Of a stretch of 64,000 nt of DNA, positions 56,093 through 64,000 are shown piece by piece. The position numbers and the translations under genes are program-made. The stretch's first letter is position 1; each line of letters opens with the position of its first letter. The notes under the pieces were generated by a model, which saw only the letters and a program-made list of their open reading frames with translations, ran no database searches and was not told where the DNA came from. Where the stretch lies: assembly GCA_964464975.1 (NCBI GenBank), contig CAYXKV010000001.1, forward strand, positions 457-64,456, written 5' to 3'. This DNA is from an uncultured Candidatus Saccharibacteria bacterium. GTDB taxonomy: Bacteria; Patescibacteriota; Minisyncoccia; Phycocordibacterales; WO2-35-19.

Positions 56093-57310
56093 CTAATTTT
56101 TATTTTTCAAATATTTAACCGCTTCGTCGAGCACGGGGTCATTGCCATCCTTAGTATTTAGTGCCGTAGATTCGACTTCTATATCCGGAGTCAAACCGCC
56201 ATCAGATATAGAGTTTCCGTTCGGAGTAAGCCAGTGAGCGACCGTTACTTTAAGCGACGTATTGTCAGTTACAGGTATTAGCTCCTGGACCGAACCCTTG
56301 CCGAAAGTAGTTTCTCCGATCAAAACCGCCTTGCCGTACTCTCGCATTGCTCCGGCGAAGATTTCCGAAGCTGAGGCCGAACCTTCGTTCACAAGAATAG
56401 CCATTTTTAAGTTTTCGTTGAAAATATCGTACCCTTTGCTCTTATAAACTTCTGGTTCCTGTTTTTGGCCGAAATCTTCAGTGACCACCACTTTCCCAGT
56501 TGGCAAAAACCAGCTTGCCATATCAATGGCCGCCTCAAGATAACCTCCTGGATTATTGCGCAGATCAACAACAAGCTTATCCGTCTTTGATTCGATAAAC
56601 TCTCGCAACGCTCTTCTGAAAAATCCAGGGGAGTTCGCGGAGAAGTTGTAGAGTTCAATCACAAAGACATCATCGCCTACAATTTTCGTGTTAACGGTGG
56701 GTATGTCTATGGTTGCTCTGGTAATCCTTTTTACCAATGGAGTTTCCTCCCCTTCCCTGCCGAAAGTGATCACCACTTCGGTCCCCACTTCTCCGCGAAT
56801 CAGCTTTATGGCTTCATCGGTAGTCATACCTGCAGTCGCGGTCTCGCCAATAAAAAGTATCTTGTCTCCGGCCTTGACTCCGGCATTGTATGCAGGAGTA
56901 TCCTTAAGCGGAGCGATAACCGTAAGAGCCCCGTTTGCTATGCCCACTTCCATCCCCACCCCACCGAAACTTCCGCTTATGTCCTCCTCGAAAGCTTTTG
57001 ATTCTACCGGTGGAAAAAATACCGTGTAAGGATCGTTGTAAGAAGCCGCCAAACCTTCAATCGAGGTCCAGATTTTGTCCTCAGCGGAAGTAGGTTTTGT
57101 GGTTGAAGAAGATGGAGCAAACCTTTCTTCAAGTATGTTCCAAACCTTCCAATAAGGCGCCATATCCACACCCTCCGTAGAAGTGGCGTTCAGTATGTAG
57201 GCCGGCACTTTTTCGGAGGATCCCTTTTGGCCCGCATGGAAGCCTGCGGCGTATAAGGCCACTATTAAGATTATGGAAATTATTACGCTTTGAAACCTTT
57301 CGTTCCTCAT
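56093..57310 (-). CDS. ctpA: Carboxy-terminal processing protease (S41)
   Basis: PDZ domain plus LVVDLRNNPGGYL and a catalytic Ser/Lys region. Confidence 0.85.
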   Translation of the reverse strand: MRNERFQSVIISIILIVALYAAGFHAGQKGSSEKVPAYILNATSTEGVDMAPYWKVWNILEERFAPSSSTTKPTSAEDKIWTSIEGLAASYNDPYTVFFPPVESKAFEEDISGSFGGVGMEVGIANGALTVIAPLKDTPAYNAGVKAGDKILFIGETATAGMTTDEAIKLIRGEVGTEVVITFGREGEETPLVKRITRATIDIPTVNTKIVGDDVFVIELYNFSANSPGFFRRALREFIESKTDKLVVDLRNNPGGYLEAAIDMASWFLPTGKVVVTEDFGQKQEPEVYKSKGYDIFNENLKMAILVNEGSASASEIFAGAMREYGKAVLIGETTFGKGSVQELIPVTDNTSLKVTVAHWLTPNGNSISDGGLTPDIEVESTALNTKDGNDPVLDEAVKYLKNKN

Positions 57311-57358
57311 TTTCGTCTGTGATATAATAATTCCATTATAACATCCTCGCCTTAAAAC

Positions 57359-58261
57359 ATGCTAAGTATAAGGACTCTATCAGATCATATATGGGCGGAC
57401 CTGAGCTCGCCGACAAAAGACGAGGTTGATTCAGTGATACTTTCCCAAAACATTGATCCCCTGATCGGCAAAGACCTGCTTACCCCTACCCCCAAGCCGC
57501 AGGTAAAAATTGGGCCTGATTATATTTATTCAGTCATGTATATACCGGTATTTCGGCATTCCCATTCTGAAGGCACAAGCCAAGAGATCGATTTTGTCAT
57601 ACAAAAAAATACCTTGACTACGGCTCGCTATGATTCGGTGGACGCCATGCACCATTTTGCCAAGCAGCTAGAGGTCGAGAGCATATTAAATCGGGTGGAG
57701 GAAGAGCATCTTTTTTTTGGGCTGATGCGAGAGATTTATAAAACCATTACAGACGAGATTTTATACACCGAAGACTGGTTAAGCGAGGTCGAAAAAAACA
57801 TTTTTACCGGCAAGGAAAAAGAAATGGTATTCTCGATATCAAATATCGGCAGGAACCTTTTAAATTTCAAGAGAGCCATTGATCCTCACGGCAGGGTTTT
57901 TGAGGTCCTCAAGGAAACAGGCGGTGATAAATTCGGGGAGAGTTTTAAATATGGAGCAGAAGCATTGCACGAGGAGTGGCGCCGTGTGATGAGGGCCGTG
58001 AATAACATGATTGACCTCGTAAACGAGATCCGCGAGACCAACAATGCCATGCTTAGTACCAAGCAAAACGAGATAATGAAAATCTTTACTATACTGGCTT
58101 TCGTGACTTTTCCGCTCTCTCTCATTGCTGCGATTTTTGGAATGAATGCCTCATATATTCCAATCATAGGCATGGCCTATGATTTCTGGATAATAATGGC
58201 AATAATGCTTGCTATGAGCATTGCGATGTATTCATATTTCAAGTATAAGAGATGGATATAG
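57359..58261 (+). CDS. corA: CorA-family magnesium transporter
   Basis: Two C-terminal TM helices with the GMN motif (FGMNASY). Confidence 0.85.
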   Translation: MLSIRTLSDHIWADLSSPTKDEVDSVILSQNIDPLIGKDLLTPTPKPQVKIGPDYIYSVMYIPVFRHSHSEGTSQEIDFVIQKNTLTTARYDSVDAMHHFAKQLEVESILNRVEEEHLFFGLMREIYKTITDEILYTEDWLSEVEKNIFTGKEKEMVFSISNIGRNLLNFKRAIDPHGRVFEVLKETGGDKFGESFKYGAEALHEEWRRVMRAVNNMIDLVNEIRETNNAMLSTKQNEIMKIFTILAFVTFPLSLIAAIFGMNASYIPIIGMAYDFWIIMAIMLAMSIAMYSYFKYKRWI

Positions 58262-59655
58262 GATATATGGAGATAAAACTTTACAATACCCTAACTAGCA
58301 AAAAGGAGGTTTTTGAGCCTTTGGAGCCGGGAACGGTCAAGATGTACAATTGCGGACCTACGGTCTATTCAAGGCAGCATATAGGAAATCTTTCGATGTT
58401 TGTCTTTACTGATATTTTGAGACGCACTCTTAAGACGGCGGGATACAGAGTTGATCAGGTGATAAATATTACCGATTTTGGGCATCTATCCGGCGACAAC
58501 CAAGGCGACGCCGATCAAGGTGAGGACAAGATGACAAGGGGCTTGCGCGAAGAAGGCCTCGAGCCAACCCTTCCTAATATGCGCAAGCTTGCAGAAAAGT
58601 TTGCAGGCCTTTTTTTTGAGGACCTCAAAAAACTCAACATAGAAACTGATGGGGTGAGATTCCCCTATGCTTCCGACTACATCGACGACCAGATAGAGCT
58701 TATCAAGAAGCTTTTTGACAAAGGTCTCGCCTACGAAACCGAAGACGGACTTTATTTCGACACTTCCAAGTTTCCTGATTACGGAAAGCTCGGCAATATA
58801 AACCTGAAAGGACTCGAGGAGGGAGCAAGGATTTCAAGCAAGGCCAAAAGGGGTCCCACTGATTTTATTTTATGGAAGAGTGATCAAAAAACCGGCTGGC
58901 AATCGCCTTGGGGCATGGGCTTCCCGGGCTGGCACATAGAATGTTCGGCGATGATCATCAAACTGCTCGGGGAGCAGATAGATATCCACACCGGAGGTAT
59001 TGAGCACATCCCCGTTCATCACAACAACGAGATCGCTCAATCCGAATCGGCTACGGGAAAGAAACCATTCTCCCGTTTTTGGCTTCACCGCGCACACCTA
59101 AAGACCGAAGGCGCGAAAATCTCAAAGTCTGAAGGCAGAGTCTTTTACCTTGACGATTTGTCTAAGAGAGGCCTTCATCCGCTATCTTTTAGGTATCTGC
59201 TTTTAACTTCTCATTATAAAACTCCGGCAAATTTCACATACGAAGCAGTAAAGGCAAGCCAGATCGCGCTTGAAAAGTTGGTCGCTTCTATGGATAACCT
59301 GCCAGATTCGGACCAGTCGGACGAAATGGTGTTAAAAAAATTTGAGGAGCATATTTTCGACGATCTCAATACACCGCTCGCATTGGCTCTCCTTCAGGAA
59401 ACGAAGTCAAAAAGAGCCTTAAGGAAAATGGATGAAGTTTTGGGTTTCAATATAGATAACCTCTACGAGCAATTATATGAGAGTATTCCGGATGATATTT
59501 CAGAGCTCAAAAGAGAACGCGATCAAGCGAGGATAAACAAGGACTGGGCGAGAAGCGATTCCCTGCGTGAACAGATTGAAAAGCAGGGATATTTAGTTGA
59601 GGATCGTCCTTACGAAACTTATGTCCGCAGAACTTTTTCCTTGTTAGTTAAATAA
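58252..59655 (+). CDS. cysS: Cysteinyl-tRNA synthetase
   Basis: [20 protein letters not shown]. Confidence 0.9.
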   Translation: MDIGYMEIKLYNTLTSKKEVFEPLEPGTVKMYNCGPTVYSRQHIGNLSMFVFTDILRRTLKTAGYRVDQVINITDFGHLSGDNQGDADQGEDKMTRGLREEGLEPTLPNMRKLAEKFAGLFFEDLKKLNIETDGVRFPYASDYIDDQIELIKKLFDKGLAYETEDGLYFDTSKFPDYGKLGNINLKGLEEGARISSKAKRGPTDFILWKSDQKTGWQSPWGMGFPGWHIECSAMIIKLLGEQIDIHTGGIEHIPVHHNNEIAQSESATGKKPFSRFWLHRAHLKTEGAKISKSEGRVFYLDDLSKRGLHPLSFRYLLLTSHYKTPANFTYEAVKASQIALEKLVASMDNLPDSDQSDEMVLKKFEEHIFDDLNTPLALALLQETKSKRALRKMDEVLGFNIDNLYEQLYESIPDDISELKRERDQARINKDWARSDSLREQIEKQGYLVEDRPYETYVRRTFSLLVK

Positions 59656-59657
59656 AC

Positions 59658-62495
59658 CTAAATTTTTGTGACTTCTACACTGCCGCTCGGGGCTGAGAAT
59701 CTGAGTACTCCGCCCGAAGAAGACACGGCTGTGCCTTGGTAGATGCCGTCGACTTTGATGTTATAACTTGCCCCAAAATCCATACCAAAGAGGTAATGCT
59801 CCGCGACTGCTCCTGTATTCGCATTATATGCGACAGAAGCCGGAGCGCTTTGATTTTCATCGGCCCGGAGCAAAGCTACTATTTTGCTTGCACCATCGGA
59901 TACATAAGCTCCGAGCATTCCGCCTTGGCTTACTGTTAGGCTTTGAATTTCAGGAGCAGACGATACTTTATCTTTTGCCACGATCGCGTGAAGGAAGTTT
60001 TGCTCCATAGCCGCTGTCGATGCGGACGTGTCTGTATAAAACGCTCCGACTTGGGAGATGCTTGCATGCGGAAGAGTAAGGTTTGCGATCGAAGGAGAGG
60101 ACGGCTCAAGCACCTTCAAGTATGCTTTGGAATTGCCGTTTTCGACAGTAATGCTGTTACCCGAAATTGTGGGTTTCTGCGGGTAGAAGAATCTTATCTT
60201 TTTAACATGGTTTGGATCTGTGGACCTGACATGGTCGGCAACAAGGATAATATTCGGTCTCAGGAAAACATACGATCTGACGAAAGACTTGAGAGTTGTT
60301 GAGGTTGGTACGCTCGTTTTCCTGTCATAAGCTCTGGTGTAATCAGCTCGACCAAAAGCGTATTTTGCGGTAGCTTCGTATGCAAGAATATTGTCAACTC
60401 CATTGTATCCCTGTCCCCCCTTATACTGGCTGCTTGTGGGCAGATATTGGCCGAGATCGTCAAAGAACAGAGTGTTTTCTCCCTCTGAAGCTGTTATGAA
60501 GATCCCTTGCGGAGCAGAACCGTAATGCCCTCGCGGATCGTAAAGCGTAGTGCTTGGGATAAAACTCAGGCGGTGGCCGATTGAATGAACAACCAGCGGA
60601 TCTGAAGCCCTCGCCACAAATACACCTCCAGCGTCTCTCATTTGATGACCGGCTATATGAATCTTTCCGCCTATCCGAAACGAGGACCAGACCGCATCAT
60701 CTTGCCAGCTGCCGCGGGAATATACATATTCACTCCCTTGTTCTGTGCGATAGGTTAAAGGATATGTATTCCTGAAATCGGACGAGAATCTCGAGGAATC
60801 ATAATAAAGCACTTTGTCTGACACCGAAGGTTCATAATCTTTTACGGGCGCGGAAACTGCGTAAGAAGTGAGAAATTGAGCAAACGGCCCATCGAAAGTA
60901 CCTTCCAAGACATCTGCCGCAATGCCAGCAACATAAGCTGGAAAAATTCCTGAGATGCTTCCTCCCCATTCGCCGTAATCCATCACCTGCCATCTGCTCG
61001 GTTTGAGCCCGTAAGTAAGAGCTTTGGCTGTCTGCCTTGCAATTCCGGAAGAGCTCTCAAGGTCAACCCCTTTTGCTGTCTTGTACGCAAGTATAAATTT
61101 CATAAACCTACTAACACTGCTTCCATAAGCCCAGCCCTCGGGTTCATCTCCTCCATATTCAGCGCCTCCTGGTTGAAACCCGGGTTTTACAACATTGTTA
61201 AATTCGCTCATAGCCCTCGAAACAAAAATACTTCCCTGCGGGTGATCATTCTCGATAGCAAGACTTCCAAGTCCCAAAGCTCCGAAATAGCCGGCATAAA
61301 AGTTGCTGACAGCCGGACCGTCAATCTCGTATACCCTTTTGCCGTCAGCGGCATAGTTTAGGTATTCTGCTATTTGATTTGCATAGCTTACGCGCTTGGA
61401 TAAAGGCAAAAGGTTATAGAGCCAGTCATACCCAACGGACATTATCTCTCCATAAAACCTCAAAGGATATCCGTTGCTCGCATCTCCATAGCCAGCCGTA
61501 CAACCAAGCTTAAGGAATTGGAATTTTTCTCTGGTTGAACTCATGAACGGGCAAGTACCAGCCAGATCTAGTTTGTCCATTATTTCAATCGCTTTGTTCC
61601 CATATGCAGAATTCCCACTCAAGAGATAAGCGAGCGCCAGTGTTTTCAAAGGGTCAGGGTAACCCGAACCTCTATACCCCTCATTTATGGTTCCGGATGG
61701 CGTCCCCTCGTTATAACCCTTCACCGGCATGGCAAGGTATTCGTCCGCTTTGGCTTTGAGAGCAAGCCAGTCAGGATGATTAGATGTAAATTTTGTCTTC
61801 ATTTCGCCCAGCTTATCTCCTGCCGCGATAATTCTCGGGTGTGCAGATAGAGCGGGGTTAGGATCATAGACAACGACGGTGGCCTTGAGAGTCTCGTATG
61901 TTGCCTGCCCAAGAGGGCGGAAGGTCAGAGTATAAGTCTCAGTCGCCGATGGAGTAATAACTTTGCTGTCGATGAGCGAGACCGTGCCGAATTTATCGAT
62001 CAAGGGATTCTGCGAGCCATCCTTTATATACCAATACAATGTCGCCGACTCCCCCGCTTTAATATGATTAGGGTAAAAGAAAAATTCCGAATACTGCACC
62101 GAAGACGGAGGCTGGGGCGAGGTAACTGTAATCTGAGTATTTGCCTGCATCGAACCATTCGAGTTTTTGGCGGTCAAAACATAAGTCGTCGTAGTGGTTG
62201 GAGCTACGCTTACCGGAGAAACCGTAACCGGCCCCACTCCGGGATCAATAACGATAGAAGTGGCGTTGCTTACTGACCAGTAAAGCTTGGCCCCTTGTCC
62301 CTGTTCTATCTGTGTCGGGCTGGCATAAAAATTGCTGATAGTCGGCGGCTGACTCTTGGGCCCGCCTTTAGCAGCAAAAATTGCCTGCAGGCTGGCAAGA
62401 TCCCACTCCGGCGCGGCCATGTAGCCAACTGAGGTAAACAGTGCTAAGAGCACAAGCATCAGGGCTATGCCCTTTACTGTTAAAAATTCCTTCAT
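59658..62495 (-). CDS. Large secreted protein with N-terminal Ig-like repeats and a heparinase II/III-like / alginate-lyase-like region
   Basis: Signal peptide. Two repeats of about 90 aa rich in T/S/V. A central AHPRIIAAGDKLGEMKTKF...DWLALKAKADEYL... segment resembles the N-termini of PL-family lyases. Confidence 0.45.
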   Translation of the reverse strand: MKEFLTVKGIALMLVLLALFTSVGYMAAPEWDLASLQAIFAAKGGPKSQPPTISNFYASPTQIEQGQGAKLYWSVSNATSIVIDPGVGPVTVSPVSVAPTTTTTYVLTAKNSNGSMQANTQITVTSPQPPSSVQYSEFFFYPNHIKAGESATLYWYIKDGSQNPLIDKFGTVSLIDSKVITPSATETYTLTFRPLGQATYETLKATVVVYDPNPALSAHPRIIAAGDKLGEMKTKFTSNHPDWLALKAKADEYLAMPVKGYNEGTPSGTINEGYRGSGYPDPLKTLALAYLLSGNSAYGNKAIEIMDKLDLAGTCPFMSSTREKFQFLKLGCTAGYGDASNGYPLRFYGEIMSVGYDWLYNLLPLSKRVSYANQIAEYLNYAADGKRVYEIDGPAVSNFYAGYFGALGLGSLAIENDHPQGSIFVSRAMSEFNNVVKPGFQPGGAEYGGDEPEGWAYGSSVSRFMKFILAYKTAKGVDLESSSGIARQTAKALTYGLKPSRWQVMDYGEWGGSISGIFPAYVAGIAADVLEGTFDGPFAQFLTSYAVSAPVKDYEPSVSDKVLYYDSSRFSSDFRNTYPLTYRTEQGSEYVYSRGSWQDDAVWSSFRIGGKIHIAGHQMRDAGGVFVARASDPLVVHSIGHRLSFIPSTTLYDPRGHYGSAPQGIFITASEGENTLFFDDLGQYLPTSSQYKGGQGYNGVDNILAYEATAKYAFGRADYTRAYDRKTSVPTSTTLKSFVRSYVFLRPNIILVADHVRSTDPNHVKKIRFFYPQKPTISGNSITVENGNSKAYLKVLEPSSPSIANLTLPHASISQVGAFYTDTSASTAAMEQNFLHAIVAKDKVSSAPEIQSLTVSQGGMLGAYVSDGASKIVALLRADENQSAPASVAYNANTGAVAEHYLFGMDFGASYNIKVDGIYQGTAVSSSGGVLRFSAPSGSVEVTKI

Positions 62496-62611
62496 CTTGT
62501 TTAATTTATTGGTAATTTACTGGCTCAATTATATAACACCTCATTGCGTTCCATAAGCCATATCGTGGATAATCTTCCCTGCCCCAAAACGAAATGGTAA
62601 TATCAAAATAA

Positions 62612-62639
62612 GCGAAATTAGTTTAGTGGCAGAATGCGA
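62612..62639 (+). pseudogene. Tandem partial copy (5' half) of tRNA-Gly
   Basis: gcgaaatTAGTTTAGTGGCAGAATGCGA matches the first 28 nt of the downstream tRNA at 26 of 28 positions, then diverges. Confidence 0.5.
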
Positions 62640-62656
62640 TTATTATTTAAAGAAAA

Positions 62657-62727
62657 CGCGGGTATAGTTTAGTGGCAGAATGCGACCTTCCCAAGGTTGA
62701 GACGGGGGTTCGATTCCCCCTACCCGC
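62657..62727 (+). tRNA. tRNA-Gly (anticodon CCC), no encoded CCA
   Basis: Acceptor gcgggta/tacccgc. Anticodon stem cgacc/ggttg with loop ttCCCaa. T-arm ggggg-ttcgatt-ccccc. Discriminator A. Confidence 0.8.
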
Positions 62728-64000
62728 ACATTGTAGAACTTTTTGAGTAAAATTTTTTAATATGTTCTTTGTTCGCAACATCTTTTTGAGGTTCTAACGT
62801 TTGGCGTATTTTCTTCTCTTCAGTGGACATTTTTTGAAGCACAATCAATGGCTCTTCCGTCTGGATGAAGATTTGTTTGTCTTTCAAAATATGTTCAGTC
62901 CCTAATGCTGTCAAAATTTGTCTTCTCTTTGCAATATCGCCATTTTGAAACTCCTCACGAGCCCTTTGAGCGAAAGTTAAAGTGCTTTCCAATCTGACGA
63001 GCCAGTCATCTATGCGCTTGTCGTCTCCGTTAAGCAATCCATTCAACGCTTGTTTCTTCTTAAGCAACTCCGTCTCCTTGATTTTATACATCTCATGGGA
63101 AATCCTATCTGCCAGCAAAAGCTCTGCAAATTTGTCCAGTTTTGCTACGCAATCCTCATACTGCTTCCTGTGATTGAAAATTAAGGCATTTCTATCGCCC
63201 TTCTCTCTTTCGTGTAGTAATTTCAATTCCTCAACTGCCCATTCGTGAAATTCTGGTGGAATCTGAAGTCTTGAAAGAAAGTCATCGATTTGCTTTTCCA
63301 GCACTCTAATTTCAACTGATTTTTCAACACAATTTGGATTTTTGCTCCCGCTACAACGATAGTATACATACTCGTGAACGTTGCCATTTTTTTGGTGTTT
63401 GAATTTTTGCTCTGCCGTTACGCGAGCACCACAGCCAGCACATCGCATAAGTCCCGTAAAAGAAAAAACATGAGCTTTCGGTCTCGGAATCCCTTTTCTA
63501 CCAAGAAGAAATTGAATTTTGTCATATTCACCTTTATCAATCATTGGCTTATGGCTTCCAACATACCATTCCCCACCATTTCGAGGGTACTGAAATTCTC
63601 CGTAATAAAATGGATTTGTGAAAATCGCGTAAAGATTTGTCTTTCCCATTGGTTTGCTTTTTCTTGTGCCACTCTCACGAGTGAATAAAAGCAAATCCTT
63701 TTCAGCTACTTTCAAAAGCTCTGGCACGGAATATTGACCCGTAAGCATTAAATCAAAAAGCTTTCTAACTTTAGGAAAACGCTCTGGGTCAGGAAAGATT
63801 GTTTCCATACCTTTTTCTCTAAGCTTAGAGTTCATATAACCCAACGGCGCCATACTTGGTCTAAATCCGCTTCTTGCTCTGTCTTTAAGCCCCCTCGTCA
63901 CATGCTTTGAAAGATCTCTGGAATATTGAGTTGCTACACCCCATTCAACACCAGCAATGACCGCATTATCATCTGGATACCAGTCCCTATCCGTTGCTTT
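62720..64000 (-). CDS. Large serine recombinase (integrase), 5'-partial: the N-terminal catalytic domain lies beyond the window
   Basis: Recombinase domain plus zinc ribbon (CAGCGARV...YYRCSG) plus coiled coil. The frame stays open upstream to nt 64000. The stop codon overlaps the tRNA-Gly 3' end. Confidence 0.8.
   Translation of the reverse strand, partial: KATDRDWYPDDNAVIAGVEWGVATQYSRDLSKHVTRGLKDRARSGFRPSMAPLGYMNSKLREKGMETIFPDPERFPKVRKLFDLMLTGQYSVPELLKVAEKDLLLFTRESGTRKSKPMGKTNLYAIFTNPFYYGEFQYPRNGGEWYVGSHKPMIDKGEYDKIQFLLGRKGIPRPKAHVFSFTGLMRCAGCGARVTAEQKFKHQKNGNVHEYVYYRCSGSKNPNCVEKSVEIRVLEKQIDDFLSRLQIPPEFHEWAVEELKLLHEREKGDRNALIFNHRKQYEDCVAKLDKFAELLLADRISHEMYKIKETELLKKKQALNGLLNGDDKRIDDWLVRLESTLTFAQRAREEFQNGDIAKRRQILTALGTEHILKDKQIFIQTEEPLIVLQKMSTEEKKIRQTLEPQKDVANKEHIKKFYSKSSTMCG

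Overview
This 64 kb window is AT-rich and dominated by + strand housekeeping genes. The small proteins, compact gene order and reduced aaRS forms look like a small-genome CPR/Patescibacteria-type bacterium; that taxonomic call is inference only. Identified genes include six aminoacyl-tRNA synthetases (leuS truncated at the window start, alaS, trpS, aspS, gltX, cysS), the infA-rpmJ-rpsM-rpsK-rpsD-rpoA-rplQ and rplM-rpsI ribosomal clusters, grpE-dnaK-dnaJ, a dacA-mraY-ftsW-murG cell-wall cluster, scpAB, mnmA, mltG, pcm/MGMT/UDG repair genes, pepF, an intact IS3-family element, a tripartite ABC efflux system, ctpA, corA, one tRNA-Gly(CCC) and a large serine recombinase that runs off the right edge. 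The observations most worth follow-up are:
- A complete Nudix hydrolase domain inserted inside LeuS.
- A 96-aa ArsR-type wHTH regulator flanked by a ~30-bp palindrome, sitting where HrcA/CIRCE would normally precede grpE-dnaK-dnaJ, with a third copy of the palindrome upstream of trpS.
- A divergent SET-domain / PRMT-like methyltransferase pair, the latter translationally coupled to an orphan histidine kinase.
- A ~165-nt GC-rich small RNA of unknown class on the minus strand with its own sigma70 promoter and intrinsic terminator.
- Extended -10 elements (TGnTAnAAT) 6-8 nt before the start codon of many genes, implying leaderless mRNAs.
- An ATP-cone/Mrr nuclease plus Cas4-like nuclease pair.
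- An EnvC-like M23 peptidase split by a +1 frameshift.
- A tandem 5'-half duplicate of tRNA-Gly next to the recombinase.
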